Source: Octopus bimaculoides
Taxonomy: Eukaryota
DNA: 64,000 nucleotides
Direction: 5' to 3'
Assembly (NCBI RefSeq): GCF_001194135.2
Contig: NC_068993.1
Coordinates: 47,767,234-47,831,233, forward strand
Part shown: positions 38,051 through 50,210 of the stretch, one piece after another
How positions within the stretch are numbered: position 1 is the first letter of the stretch
Layout of the letters: the number at the start of each line of letters is the position of its first letter
Program-made: the position numbers and the translations under genes
The notes under the pieces: generated by a model
Told to the model about the DNA's origin: nothing
Database searches by the model: none
The model's input: only the letters and a program-made list of their open reading frames with translations

Positions 38051-40550
38051 TTTTAGAGAAAAGAACCAAAGTACATGAACGTTTCCATGAAAATCCACAG
38101 TCAAATACAGAAAAATAAGTATAATATAATACAAAGTATATATCAAATGATAATGATAGAACTTTGGTTCTTTTCTCTAAAACTATATATTTATATATTT
38201 TATACTGTGAAACTTAATTTCATTTTAATTTTTAATAAATTGAATTTAATTGAGTAATTACCTGTAAATTTGGATTTTTAACCCTAATATTATTATATAT
38301 ATATATGACTTAAAACCTTATTTGTTACAACAGACCTTAAATAGACATTGAGATTTTATATATACCTCTGACGAAGGAATCTCTGCTATCTCCAGTCTCG
38401 ATTGTCTGACATAAACAAGGTAGGACAAAATCCCGCGATCTGGTGCTCCTGCGGTGAAAGTTGACGATTATCTTCCGCTAGTGATATAAACACAGGTGCT
38501 CATATGCACGACATGTATATATGAAAGGTTCAATCATGGTATATATTCACGCAAACACACAAGCAAACATAGGAGTAAAGGAATTCAACATTTTCGCGAA
38601 CGTATACTTCTTACGAATGAGAATATCTATGAAAGTATTTTCAACTTCGTTGTGAACACACGAATAGATAATGGAATAAAATAAAAGAATAATGTGAGGT
38701 GGTACTTAACGTTGGGAAACAATATCTTCTCGTATCTGTTTTTTTTTTTTTTTTTGTTCACATGAATTCGAAGGTAAAATTCGCCGGATTTTATCAGCAA
38801 ACATCAACACTTGGAAAAAAATTTCGTAGCAAACTCAACAAATAAACGATGAATCTTAAAATAAGATGGAAAAACTACGCAGTTACAAAGACCTAGAAAT
38901 ATAGCATTTTTGGAAAGGATGGAGGGGAAAAAATGTAATAGAACACGATAAAAATGAGAAAGTTTAAAATCATAATCACATGCAATCACATATGCTACAC
39001 ACAGACTGTACTACTATTAGTTTCGGGATACACGTACATACTTTCTTAGGTGCATACATACGTTAATACACATAAATATTCGTTCAAACACACATGCACA
39101 TACACACAGACATACACACTCACAAAGACAGATACACACATATGTATGTATACATATATGGCTATGTACATAAATACATATACATACCTATATATACATA
39201 CAAAATGAATATATAAATGTAAATATAGATATAATATATTTATAGGTTTGTGTGCATATAAGTGTATGTGAGTGTACATAAATGCATATATTCATACGCA
39301 CAGAAACACACACACACAGACATATATATAGAGAGATATAAAACATATACATATGTACATGTATGCACATATATGTGTGTACATAGATAGATGGCTTTCA
39401 TATGGAAGTCGGGAGTTGTTTACAATATTCTTAATAGTATTGATAAAATATAGTTTTTTAAAATCCCACAAACTGTAGCGCAAGAAAACATTTCAAAACA
39501 AGTAAGTTCAGAAATGAGGAAAACGTGTCTTCTCATACTTGTAACTTGACGTTTAATTTAGGAGAATATATATATATATATATGTATTTATTTTTTGTTT
39601 TTGTATATATTTTTTGTATATATTTTCAATATGCCCGATGATATATAATTGTTTTTGTGTTATTGGAGACGATTAAATTTATGCGTTGATACACATAGGC
39701 ACAAGTGCGTACACACACTTTGTGCTATTACTCCATAACCGTAGGTACGTTGAAAGGAAACGCTCCTCCGACCAGTTGTTTGGATTATAAATGAAACTAA
39801 TGTCATTGACTTGATGAGTGCCGTTCCTACTTCAGGCTGTGTCAAAAAATACGGTTTGTCTTTCAAGAAATCTGTCGTACAAGAGGAATAACCTAATTCT
39901 GTTTGAAGACATTGCTCATCAACCCACCCGGTGTTGAGTACACTTTCTTGCAGTTATTTGCTACAACACATTCACGCATAGGCACTCATACATACACGCG
40001 CGTGATAACATGATCAAAAACACGTGCATTACTTTAAGATTATTAAACTCTAACTAATTTTAAGAACAAGAGCAGGCATAGGCACGGCTGTGAGGTTAGG
40101 GCGCTTGCACTCCACGTAGCACCTGGTTCTGGAAAACTGTTATAACCCGCCGTCTGTGTCCTGTTTTTGTTACCACTTTAACCCTCCGCAAAACATCCCA
40201 AATTTTATTTACTTTGCTTTACTGGAAGGACTGTCTTAACGAAGTCGAGTCCTGTCCCTACGTTAGAAACGCGGAGTAGACAAAACAGGGGACAAGTGAT
40301 GAAGGGAATTTTCTTTATGTTGCCTGTCTCGTTTCTCTATTTGTTCCTTTCTTTGTTCGAAAAAAATTAGTTTTCCACTTCTATTTTTTATGTTCTTATT
40401 TCTTATTTTGTTCACGTTTTTTTTCACGTCCTATACTCATATATCCATGTATATATACATATACATGTAGGCATATACATGTATGTGTATATATATGCAT
40501 ATATTATATTGATATTATTATAAGTTCGAAAGCCACGCATCCATTTCCTA

Positions 40551-40587
<37 letters not shown>

Positions 40588-40588
<1 letters not shown>

Positions 40589-41030
40589 CAAAATAGGGGT
40601 AGCTTATCCTGTTCAGGCCATACTATTAGCATTATCCTGCGTTTGAGAATTTAAAATCAATTCTTTAACTTTCTAACACATCTCAACGCTTCTAAAAGCA
40701 AGCTTCGTTTGCTTGTTTACGTTTATCGTAATTTGAATTTAACGTATGATAGCGTCTCATAAAGCGAGATTTCTATATATCCTAAATTTGCAAAAGATTC
40801 TGTTGTGTGGGTGGTTTAGCTTAATGGTTCGGAGCACCACGGCGCGTAATCACGGAGTTGTGAGTTCGAGCCTCATAGCCGACTGCCAGCACTTTTTTCG
40901 GCAAAATAGGGATAGCTTAATCTGTTCAGGCTTTATTATTAGCATCATCCTGCGTTTGAGAATTTAACATTACTTCTTTATCTTTCTAAGACATCTCAAC
41001 GCTTCTAAAGCAAACTTTGTTTGTTTGTTT
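40588..41030 (+). repeat. Diverged direct repeat of about 135 bp (40588-40720 and 40901-41030) flanking the tRNA-like unit
   Basis: Both copies read GCAAAATAGGG.TAGCTTA..CTGTTCAGGC...ATCCTGCGTTTGAGAATTTAA...ACATCTCAACGCTTCTAAA. The period is 313 bp. Confidence 0.9.
40810..40884 (+). tRNA. tRNA-like gene or pseudogene, nominal anticodon CGT (Thr-like), damaged anticodon arm
   Basis: Acceptor GGTGGTT/AGCCGAC (6 of 7 pairs including G-U), D stem GCTT/GAGC, T stem GTGAG/CTCAT with loop TTCGAGC, A box TAGCTTAATGG, and a T6 terminator at 40893-40898. The anticodon stem has two mismatches and position 33 is G. Confidence 0.6.
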
Positions 41031-41318
41031 CCTGTTAAGCACCATCATTTAGACCACAGGGCAGTTGAAACATTTTTTTTATATGATATCATAAAATACG
41101 TCATATCAATGATAACACTCATATTTTGTCATGGATGATTGCCCCTTTTATTTCAAGGTTTCCAAAATATCCAGGATGGCCAAGACGAGAATGCATTGTA
41201 TGATAGGTGTGCTCATTCAAGTTTGATCTGGTGGTTGACTATATCACGATTGAATGCGCCTTTAGAAAGGATACATATGTTTCCCCGTGTGATATAGACA
41301 CACGGGGTCGGTTCGCGT

Positions 41319-41393
<75 letters not shown>

Positions 41394-41503
41394 AATAGTA
41401 GAACAGTTCCCAAACATACATGGAGATCTATATCGTGATGTATGTTTACTTTACCTTCAAAATGTTTCCGACCAAAAAGTACAAAACGTTAAGAATAGTT
41501 TAG

Positions 41504-42015
41504 TGGTGGTATTTCTCAGATAGGCTTACTATAATTTTAATAATTATTATAACCTATAAGGTGTTTCTTCCCATGCTGCCACTTGATTTCAATGCTATAT
41601 TATATTCAATGCGGCGGTATTTCGATAATATAGCACATGGTGTGTGTATAGACAAATGAACTGGTCACTGTATCTACGTGTATATTTATGCATATACCTG
41701 TGCGTATACATAAGTATTTGCATGTTTATGTGTATATATATGTAGCTATGCACAATTCATGGTATATTTCATTGATAAAGGCAAAGTATGGTTTTATACA
41801 AAGCCAGAAACTCAAGGTCTCAAATTATCCAATTTTTACTGTTTTTATTTTTTTGTCTGTGTCCTTTCACAATGTGCTGTTTTGAATACTTGATGTGGTT
41901 TTACACTCAGGTTTTGACTACTATTTCAAGCATGGTGGTATCTTTTAGATACCATTGTTTATAATCGTAATAATTATTATAATCTGTTTTTTTTCTTCCC
42001 ATACTGCCACTTGAT
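41504..42015 (+). repeat. Diverged direct repeat of about 85 bp (41504-41587 and 41933-42015)
   Basis: TGGTGGTAT...AGATA...TAATAATTATTATAA...TTTCTTCCCAT.CTGCCACTTGAT in both copies. The period is about 429 bp. Confidence 0.8.
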
Positions 42016-42684
42016 ATGATCGATATTTAAAATAACGATCTTATCCTTATATATATATATATATATATNNNNNNNNNNNNNNNNNNNNNNNNNNNNNNNN
42101 NNNNNNNNNNNNNNNNNNNNNNNNNNNNNNNNNNNNNNNNNNNNNNNNNNNNNNNNNNNNNNNNNNNNNNNNNNNNNNNNNNNNNNNNNNNNNNNNNNNN
42201 NNNNNNNNNNNNNNNNNNNNNNNNNNNNNNNNNNNNNNNNNNNNNNNNNNNNNNNNNNNNNNNNNNNNNNNNNNNNNNNNNNNNNNNNNNNNNNNNNNNN
42301 NNNNNNNNNNNNNNNNNNNNNNNNNNNNNNNNNNNNNNNNNNNNNNNNNNNNNNNNNNNNNNNNNNNNNNNNNNNNNNNNNNNNNNNNNNNNNNNNNNNN
42401 NNNNNNNNNNNNNNNNNNNNNNNNNNNNNNNNNNNNNNNNNNNNNNNNNNNNNNNNNNNNNNNNNNNNNNNNNNNNNNNNNNNNNNNNNNNNNNNNNNNN
42501 NNNNNNNNNNNNNNNNNNNNNNNNNNNNNNNNNNNNNNNNNNNNNNNNNNNNNNNNNNNNNNTTCAATATAAAGGATCAAATATATAAATATAAGTATAT
42601 AAAGGCGACTCGAGTTTCAGGGCTATTTCCCTTCGTCATGGCCGGTATGACAGACTTTAACAGACATATATACATATATATATA

Positions 42685-42845
42685 TACGCGACGGGTTTCT
42701 TTCAGTTCCCGTCTTCCAAATTCACTCACAAGGCTCTGGTCGGTTCGAGTTCATAGTAAGAGACGCCCAAGGTGCCACGCAGTGGGACTGAACCTGTAAA
42801 ACATGCAGTTGGGAAGCCAGCTTCTTACCACACACCCACTCCTGG
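42685..42845 (-). mobile_element. SINE family A head
   Basis: The reverse complement aligns with 16410-16570. CCCAAGGTGCCACGCAGTGGGACTGAACC contains the CORE-like and B-box segment. Confidence 0.8.
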
Positions 42846-42846
42846 G

Positions 42847-42882
<36 letters not shown>

Positions 42883-42884
<2 letters not shown>

Positions 42885-43066
42885 CAGCACGGGAAGGAAT
42901 GCCTATCCGTCGCAGGATTGATCATTTTTGCCAGCGCAGTGAACTAGAGCAACGTGAAATTATGTGTTTTGTTCAAGAACGCAACGCGTCCCCCATTTCA
43001 GAAATCGAAACCACAATCTTACGGACAGCAGCTAAGAATACCAGTCCACTAAGCGATGCCCCTCCA
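42883..43066 (-). mobile_element. tRNA/CORE-like SINE (family C-related) 5' part
   Basis: AGTGAACTAGAGCAACGTGAAAT...TTGTTCAAGAAC is the reverse complement of the head/CORE region at 13990-14040. Confidence 0.65.
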
Positions 43067-43515
43067 CCTCTACAAAAGAAACATTGAAAATATAAGTAGT
43101 AAAAAAAAAAAAAATTCTTGGCTGCAATGATTATGAAAAATCCTGACATTTTGAAATTTTTAATCCGGCAAAACTTATGGATGTCGTAAAATATTCTGAT
43201 CATGTTGCGTAGTTATAGAGTATTTATCGAAATAACACGTAGATGTTTATAAATATTTATTGGGTGATATTACATAAAATTCATTAGGAACGGCCATCAG
43301 AAATACCATTTAAATTAACTCCTGCGATCTCTATTGCATAGCATTTTTATATCTATTATTTTTATTTTTTAGCACTCTTGTTTATATCTTATAACAGATT
43401 GCTATTGTTAATATTTTCACGAATGTTTACACACAAACACGTGTGCGTGCGCAACACATTTACATTTATATACGTATGAAAAAACATATACAAATTAAGA
43501 GAGCTATATATGTAC

Positions 43516-43565
<50 letters not shown>

Positions 43566-43779
43566 TTATATACATCTGTGTCTACATATGTGTGTGTGTA
43601 TGTGCGTGTGCGTGCATGCGTACATGTATGTGTCTATATGTGCACAAGAAAATATGAACATTAACATCGATATTATAATCGCCATTAATATTAATAATAT
43701 ACATCACAATCGCGTGGTCATTATCGTCATAATCCTCATCAATTTTTACTACTACCAATAATAATAATAATCCATTCTA

Positions 43780-43985
43780 TTATAGGCACAAGGCCTCACA
43801 TTTGGGGCAAGGGATTATGTCGATTACAGCGACTCCAGTGCGTAACTGTTACATAATTTATCGACTCCAAAAGGATGAAAGTCAAAGTCGACCCCGGCGT
43901 AATTTGAACTTAGAATTTAGCGACGGGCGAAATACTGCTAAGCATTTCGACTAACGTGCTAACCATTCTGCCAGCTCACCGCCTT
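43780..43985 (-). mobile_element. SINE family M, full length
   Basis: Reverse complement of the 10053-10246 type copy, ending GCCAGCTCACCGCCTT. Confidence 0.9.
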
Positions 43986-44029
43986 AAAAAAAATAAAATT
44001 TACACACAAATACACGCACAATTTAGAAG

Positions 44030-44460
44030 AAACGTTTTAGTCATGTTTACACTTGCAAAACTTCATGTCCATTACGTTCTGCGACAGTGTAGTTCACTTT
44101 ACTTCTTGACAAAGAACATGCAATTGTCTGAGCACAAACAGAAATGTTTCGAAGAACAAACCTTTATTTCTCAATCATTGGCATTGAGATTTATTGATTG
44201 TGAATGCAAACGCAACTTGAACTTGAAACTGTAATTGGAGACGGATGAATGTCGGTGTGGTGTCAAATCTCAGTTCGCAATGAACTGTTACTTTTTTCAA
44301 TGGTTCAACTTGAGAAACAATGTCACCTTCAATTATGTGTTCAAGTAAATTGGTTATTTGAATTCTTGTTCCATTACAATGTCCATTAGCTTTATTTAAA
44401 TTTCACAGTAACATTACAACACAGTCTCCAATTTTTAAAGTCAAAATATGTGGGCAAACT
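44030..44460 (-). pseudogene. Helitron PIF1-like helicase remnant
   Basis: One frame from 44453 to about 44100 with two stops: PHILTLKIGDCVVMLL*NLNKANGHCNGTRIQITNLLEHIIEGDIV...FIRLQLQFQVQVAFAFTINKSQCQ*L...RQLHVLCQEV. This matches the Helitron/PIF1 motifs PH.L.LK+G..+MLLRNL....G.CNGTR, QFP+.+AFA.TINKSQGQ and GQLYVA.SRV. Confidence 0.92.
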
Positions 44461-44537
44461 CCACGAATGTTTTAACTGCCTACGAATACCGTTGCATAAA
44501 TTTACAGATAGTTTTCATTCTTATATGAATGAATATA

Positions 44538-45083
44538 GCGGCGTGCTGGCAGAATTGTTAACACGTCCGGCGAAATGTTAAGCGCCATTTCCTCCATCAT
44601 TGATAAATTAAGTACCAGTGATACACTGGGGTCGATGTAATCCGCTAGTCTCTCGACTCCAAATTTAAGTCCTTGTGCCTTTAGTAAAAAGGATTATTAT
44701 ATGAATCAATAAAACCGTGAGCTGGCAGAATACTTAGCACGCCAGACAAAACGCTTAGTGGAACTTTGTCAGTCTTTCCGCTCTGAGTTAAAATTCCACA
44801 GAGGTCGACTTGTCTTTCATCCTTTCGAGGTCGATAAAGTAAGTGCCTCCCCAGAGATTGCTGGGTTCCTAGAAAATGCTGACCTCCACACAAATTGCTA
44901 GCAATTTCGCCAGCCGCTACGTTCTGAGTTCAAATTCCGCCGATGTTGACCTTACCATTCATCCCTTCGGGGTCGATTAAATAAGTACCAGTTATGCGCT
45001 GGGGTCGATGTAATCGACTTCATTCCTTCCCTCAAATTTAAGACCTTGTGCTTCCAGTAGAAAGGACTATTATTATTATTATG

Positions 45084-45145
<62 letters not shown>
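44538..45145 (+). mobile_element. Three co-oriented SINE family M copies and an (ATT)n tail
   Basis: 44538-44695 (lacks the B box and core), 44715-44845 (3' truncated) and 44898-45068 (5' truncated), then (ATT)n to 45145. Confidence 0.85.
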
Positions 45146-45373
45146 GCACTACCGAGCGCAGCTATGTGTGCTTTGGGTATGTGCTGTGGTTTGCTCTGAA
45201 TCTCTTATGGTTACTATATTGAAAGTGTTTTGCGTAGGATGTGTGCAGTGCCCAGTAGTGCAATTTTCTGTATGTTATATATATATTTGTAAGTCCTGGT
45301 GTTTTTGTTATGTATTTGTCTGAATATTTTTATATTATACCTAATGCACCCACTATGATAGGAATTATTTCTG

Positions 45374-45376
<3 letters not shown>
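45146..45376 (-). mobile_element. R4/Dong-type RLE non-LTR retrotransposon 3' fragment
   Basis: Minus strand TEIIPIIVGALGII*KYSDKYITKTPGLTNI, frameshift, YNIQKIALLGTAHILRKTLSI*, then about 70 nt of 3' UTR. This is the typical C-terminus of RLE-clade ORFs (P+++GALG...+QK.ALLGTA.I+R). Flanked on both sides by (TAA)n. Confidence 0.8.
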
Positions 45377-45377
<1 letters not shown>

Positions 45378-45432
<55 letters not shown>

Positions 45433-45948
45433 CATTATTATGATCATCGACTTTTTTCAGTTCCACTTAGAATGTAGAGTAAAGATAAAAGGATAATTTC
45501 TCTTTTCCAATAATTGTTTGAAAATGTGGATGCCTGTGGCAAAAATATCTGGTACGAATGAGCTTCCTCTAAACATGCGCCTGTAGATTGGAGAACAACT
45601 TTTGATCGAATTGTCGGACCTTTTTTGACCAGACTAATCCTGGATATGTGAAGTTCCTCGATTGGTCCTGTCTGAAGATTCTTAATCAATTATATGTGTC
45701 CACATACTACGTAATATATATATTATTTGTACATACATTTAACTCAATTCATCGTTGATTCCCTTTGTCCCCTTCATATTTTATGCAAACTACCCAACGC
45801 ACACACACAAACACACACACACACGCATTATAGACCATCCTTGTGATGTTTCCCTCATCGACGCCCTTGTGACAATTAAAATAAATTATTATTTTTATCA
45901 TTATAGTTCCTAATGCTATTATTATTATTAAGGAAAATAAATTAAATT

Positions 45949-46003
<55 letters not shown>

Positions 46004-46182
46004 TCTGGTGACAAATAAATAAGTTATTCCTATTATTGTTATTGGCGTTGCAGTTTAATATTATCAACATCATTTTATTTCACGATAAACATGATTATTA
46101 TTATTAATTATATCGTTATAGTAATCACTATTATTAACATTTAATATCACTATTGTTCGTGCTACTATTATTATTATTATTA

Positions 46183-46255
<73 letters not shown>

Positions 46256-46456
46256 CTGTAATAGCGTTTGTCACAGTAACAGTATTAGAAATAATGGTGG
46301 TGGTGGTGGTGGTATTAATCGTTGTTGTTGTTGTTGTTGTTGTCACATCGCCATCATTATCCATCATTTTATAATCTTCTCTTAATAGCCCAGTAATTTG
46401 TCAATACAGAAGTTAGCATGGAGGAGGAGCTGTGAGGAAAAAGAAAGAAAGGATTA

Positions 46457-46504
<48 letters not shown>

Positions 46505-47470
46505 AATGTTGCATTGCAGCGTTAATTGTAATTCTGCTCAGGAGACATAATTTAATTATTGCCATGTAATAACACAATCTGATTGGTTGAGGTAGTTAAT
46601 TTTTCAATGACAACAGAAACGACAAGGAAAACACACTTTGCAATAACATTCAATATCATCATCATCGACATCATTACCATCATCATCGTCATCACCACCA
46701 CCACCACCACCACCACAACCACCACCAACACCACCACATCCACCACCAACATCAGCGTCAGCATCAAGAAGAACGTCAATAACAAATGCTACAAACTTCA
46801 ATAAGAACTGCGCTACAATAGCGAAACCAGCAATAACAGAAACAACAGCGAAAACGGCAGAACATTAACAAGAGCAGCAACATTGCAATAATAACGACAG
46901 ACAGCAGCAGGAACAACAACAGCAGCAGTGCTACCATCAAAAGTTAAACAGCAGCAGCACTAACACTAAAGACAGTACAACAGGCAGAGCACCACTAAAA
47001 CTGCACAGCAGCAGCAAGAAAAAGAACAATGACTGCAATATTATCATAAACAGCATAACAACAACAACAACAACAACAACAACACCAACAACAACAACAA
47101 TAACAACAACAACAGCAAATACAGCAACAATAGCTCAATGTAGACAAGAGGAACAATGAAATCTTTCGCAATAAGAACAATAAGGGGAAACTGGAGGCCA
47201 AAAATACAAAAAGAAGAAAAAGGAAATTCAGAATGAAAACAACAACAACAACATTAACAATAATATAGACAACGATGACGGAAATAAACAGTTCAACAAG
47301 AACTACAACGTTAACATCAACGGGAATAAAGTTGACAACAACTCTAAGCATTTCATGTCAAGTGCAATATAGAGAATAACAACAAAGACGGCAACATCAC
47401 TAACGAAACAGTAGGACACTTGTCAACAACAACAACAACAACTACAACGGCAGTGACACGTGTTACTTTC
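45378..47470. repeat. Simple-repeat-rich block: (ATT)n, (CAT)n(CAG)n, (GGT)n, (GTT)n, (AAAG)n, (CAC)n, (AAC)n
   Basis: Seen directly. It explains the poly-N, poly-L, poly-I, poly-V, poly-T and poly-C ORFs. Confidence 0.9.
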
Positions 47471-47481
47471 AAATGTTGGCA

Positions 47482-47892
47482 CAATGCCAGTAATTTTGGA
47501 GGAGGGGGTAAGTTAATTATATCGACCCCAGTGTTCAACTGGTACGAGAATGAAAGGCAAAGTAAAGCACGGCGAAATTTGAACTCATAACATAACGGCA
47601 AACGAAATACCGCTAAGCATTTCGCCCGGCGTGCTAGCAGTCTGTCATCACGCCACCTTGAGATTGACACATATTCTTTTCTATTCTAGGCACAAGGCCA
47701 CAAATTTTGGGGGAGGGATTTGTCGATTAGATCGATCCCAGCACGCGACTGGTAATTTTTTTTTTTTTTCGGCCCGAAAGGATGAAAAGCAAAGTCGACC
47801 TCGGCGTAATTTGAACTCAGAACGTGACGGCAAACGAAATACAGCTGAGCATTTTGCCCGGTGTGCTAATGGTCCTGCCAGCTCACCGCCTT
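47482..47892 (-). mobile_element. Head-to-tail dimer of SINE family M
   Basis: Copies at 47482-47658 (core partly deleted) and 47675-47892, separated by about 16 bp. Confidence 0.88.
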
Positions 47893-48114
47893 AGAGAGTC
47901 AAACATATTTATCTACATACACAGATAAACTCACTCCATACGTAGACTCACCAATAATTAGACTCATATCTACATGCATTTAGAGTCACTTAATTTTAAG
48001 CATCATCGATCAAAACTTTTTTAGTATATAGTATTTAGTCTTGTGTTTAATCATGTATCTATAGTCACTTGACAACCGTTGACACAGATTTAACACTCAT
48101 ATCCGAACTTCATT

Positions 48115-48338
48115 AACGTCAGTGGAGTCTGAAAAGTTCCTGACTTTAAAAGTATCACGAAAAGCCTAGACATAGGCCCATCCTTCCGAGTTCTATTTCA
48201 GGGCAGAGAAAAACTGGTAAACTACTGCAATAAATGTGTGAATCAGAGAGGCGAACATGTTGAATAAAATCATAATTAACTGATCCGCCTCTATTTCCTT
48301 TTACATACAACCAAGAACTTTTCAACACTCTCTTGCAT
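48115..48338 (+). mobile_element. Mariner-derived MITE (copy 2)
   Basis: TIRs GAGTCTGAAAAGTTCCTGACT and AACCAAGAACTTTTCAACACTC. The interior encodes FQGREKLVNYCNKCVNQRGEHVE*, matching the mariner transposase C-terminus (GIEKL..RW.KC+...G.YVE). Confidence 0.85.
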
Positions 48339-49076
48339 ATATTTGGTTAAAACCATGCCCGTATTTATATATGCATATGCAGAATTTAAACGTCAAGCAA
48401 GTGATAAGCAAGTTTAGACTCATAATAGCCGATTTATATTATCAAACGTTTCCATAGAGAAGAATGTTCAATATGCAGTATTTGTGGAAAGGTAAATTAC
48501 TAATCATCAGACAAAATTGAATGAAAATGTACAGCATACGCCCTATATTAATGAGGGTCTCTAGAACATTCAAATACAGATGTATTATATACTTCTGTAT
48601 AGATATGATAGACGGCAACTTTATTTCCAGAATGTTCTCATTGTGGAAATATGTCTTCTAATGATTTTGATTCCATTTTAATCATAAGTTCCTTGATGGA
48701 TATCTAGCACTGAGAGTATTTTATATTTTTATTTCTATTATATTTTATTTATTATTTCGTGGTAAATGGAGTATAATTAAGTCAAGAATCACAACAGCAG
48801 AATCTTTGTCCGATAAGGAATTTTTAGTCCAACTATAAATGAGCAAAACTTTGAACTTAGAAGACAGCAGTATTCCGTTGGGATTGCTTGGGTCATATAA
48901 AATATAAGCGTTCTATGGTAGCATTTCGATATGAGTTCTTTCATGTATGACAAGGTCGAATTTTTGAAAGCATGCATTATTTGATTGATATGCCTATATA
49001 TTTATATGTACATTCATGTCTACTTTCCTGCATGGATTTGTATGAACATGTGTATATAGGCGACCCTGGATGTAAT

Positions 49077-49109
<33 letters not shown>

Positions 49110-49795
49110 CATGCACATAGGTATATATATGCAGATATATGCATGTACACATGAATATGAATACATATATACATATATATATACATATATACACATATAT
49201 NNNNNNNNNNNNNNNNNNNNNNNNNNNNNNNNNNNNNNNNNNNNNNNNNNNNNNNNNNNNNNNNNNNNNNNNNNNNNNNNNNNNNNNNNNNNNNNNNNNN
49301 NNNNNNNNNNNNNNNNNNNNNNNNNNNNNNNNNNNNNNNNNNNNNNNNNNNNNNNNNNNNNNNNNNNNNNNNNNNNNNNNNNNNNNNNNNNNNNNNNTAT
49401 GAATATATGTGTATGTTTGTGTCCATGCATTTGTGTCTGTTTGTGTGTGTGTATCTCTGCGTGCATATCTTATACCCGCGTGGCCTAATTAATCTCCAAA
49501 AGTCCTCTCTTCTTTAATCACATCGATATCGTCAGTATGAACCACAAGAAGACCTCTTTACTTTTGCTACACTCCATTCAAAGAAACCCTTTGAGGGTCT
49601 TCACTAACTGACAACAAGCTTTCATTCACAATTGACTAGCATCTTCTCTCATTGATACTTTTATACCTTTAGAGAGCTGACCAGAATATATATAATTGAC
49701 CAGCAAAAACGAAACAAGTCAAGTCAGCCCAAATAGCTCTTCATTTTTTCATCTTACACGTTAGTCACTCCACTATACAAACCAATGCTACGTCT

Positions 49796-49902
49796 TTGTG
49801 TGTGATGTGTGTGTGTGTGTGTGTATTGCGTGTGTTGGGAGTATGTGTATGTTTAGCGAGTATTGTTTTTAGGTGCGTGTATGCTACATCTCTCTGTCTC
49901 CT

Positions 49903-49964
<62 letters not shown>

Positions 49965-49990
49965 CATCCGTCTATCTATCTATAGATAGA

Positions 49991-50026
<36 letters not shown>

Positions 50027-50089
50027 TAGATATAGATATATCTGTCTATCTACGTACTTAATTATGTTTCTCCAACTACTTCTCTCTCT

Positions 50090-50147
<58 letters not shown>

Positions 50148-50210
50148 GAGTGTGTGTGTATGTGTGTATGTGTGTGTGTGTGTGTGTGTGTGTCTGTGTG
50201 TGTGTGTATA
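49796..50210. repeat. (TG)n, (TATC)n/(GATA)n and (TA)n compound microsatellites
   Basis: Seen directly. Confidence 0.95.

Noticed and set aside
38365-38400. CTGACGAAGG as a hammerhead core
   Set aside because: No downstream GAAA or paired stems.
45444-45689. Minus-strand DIFATGIHIFKQLLEKRNYPF as kinase subdomain IX
   Set aside because: No APE or other kinase motifs, and an in-frame stop lies just upstream.
48730-48960. LVIHERTH as a C2H2 zinc finger
   Set aside because: No upstream CxxC and no TGEKP linker; isolated match.
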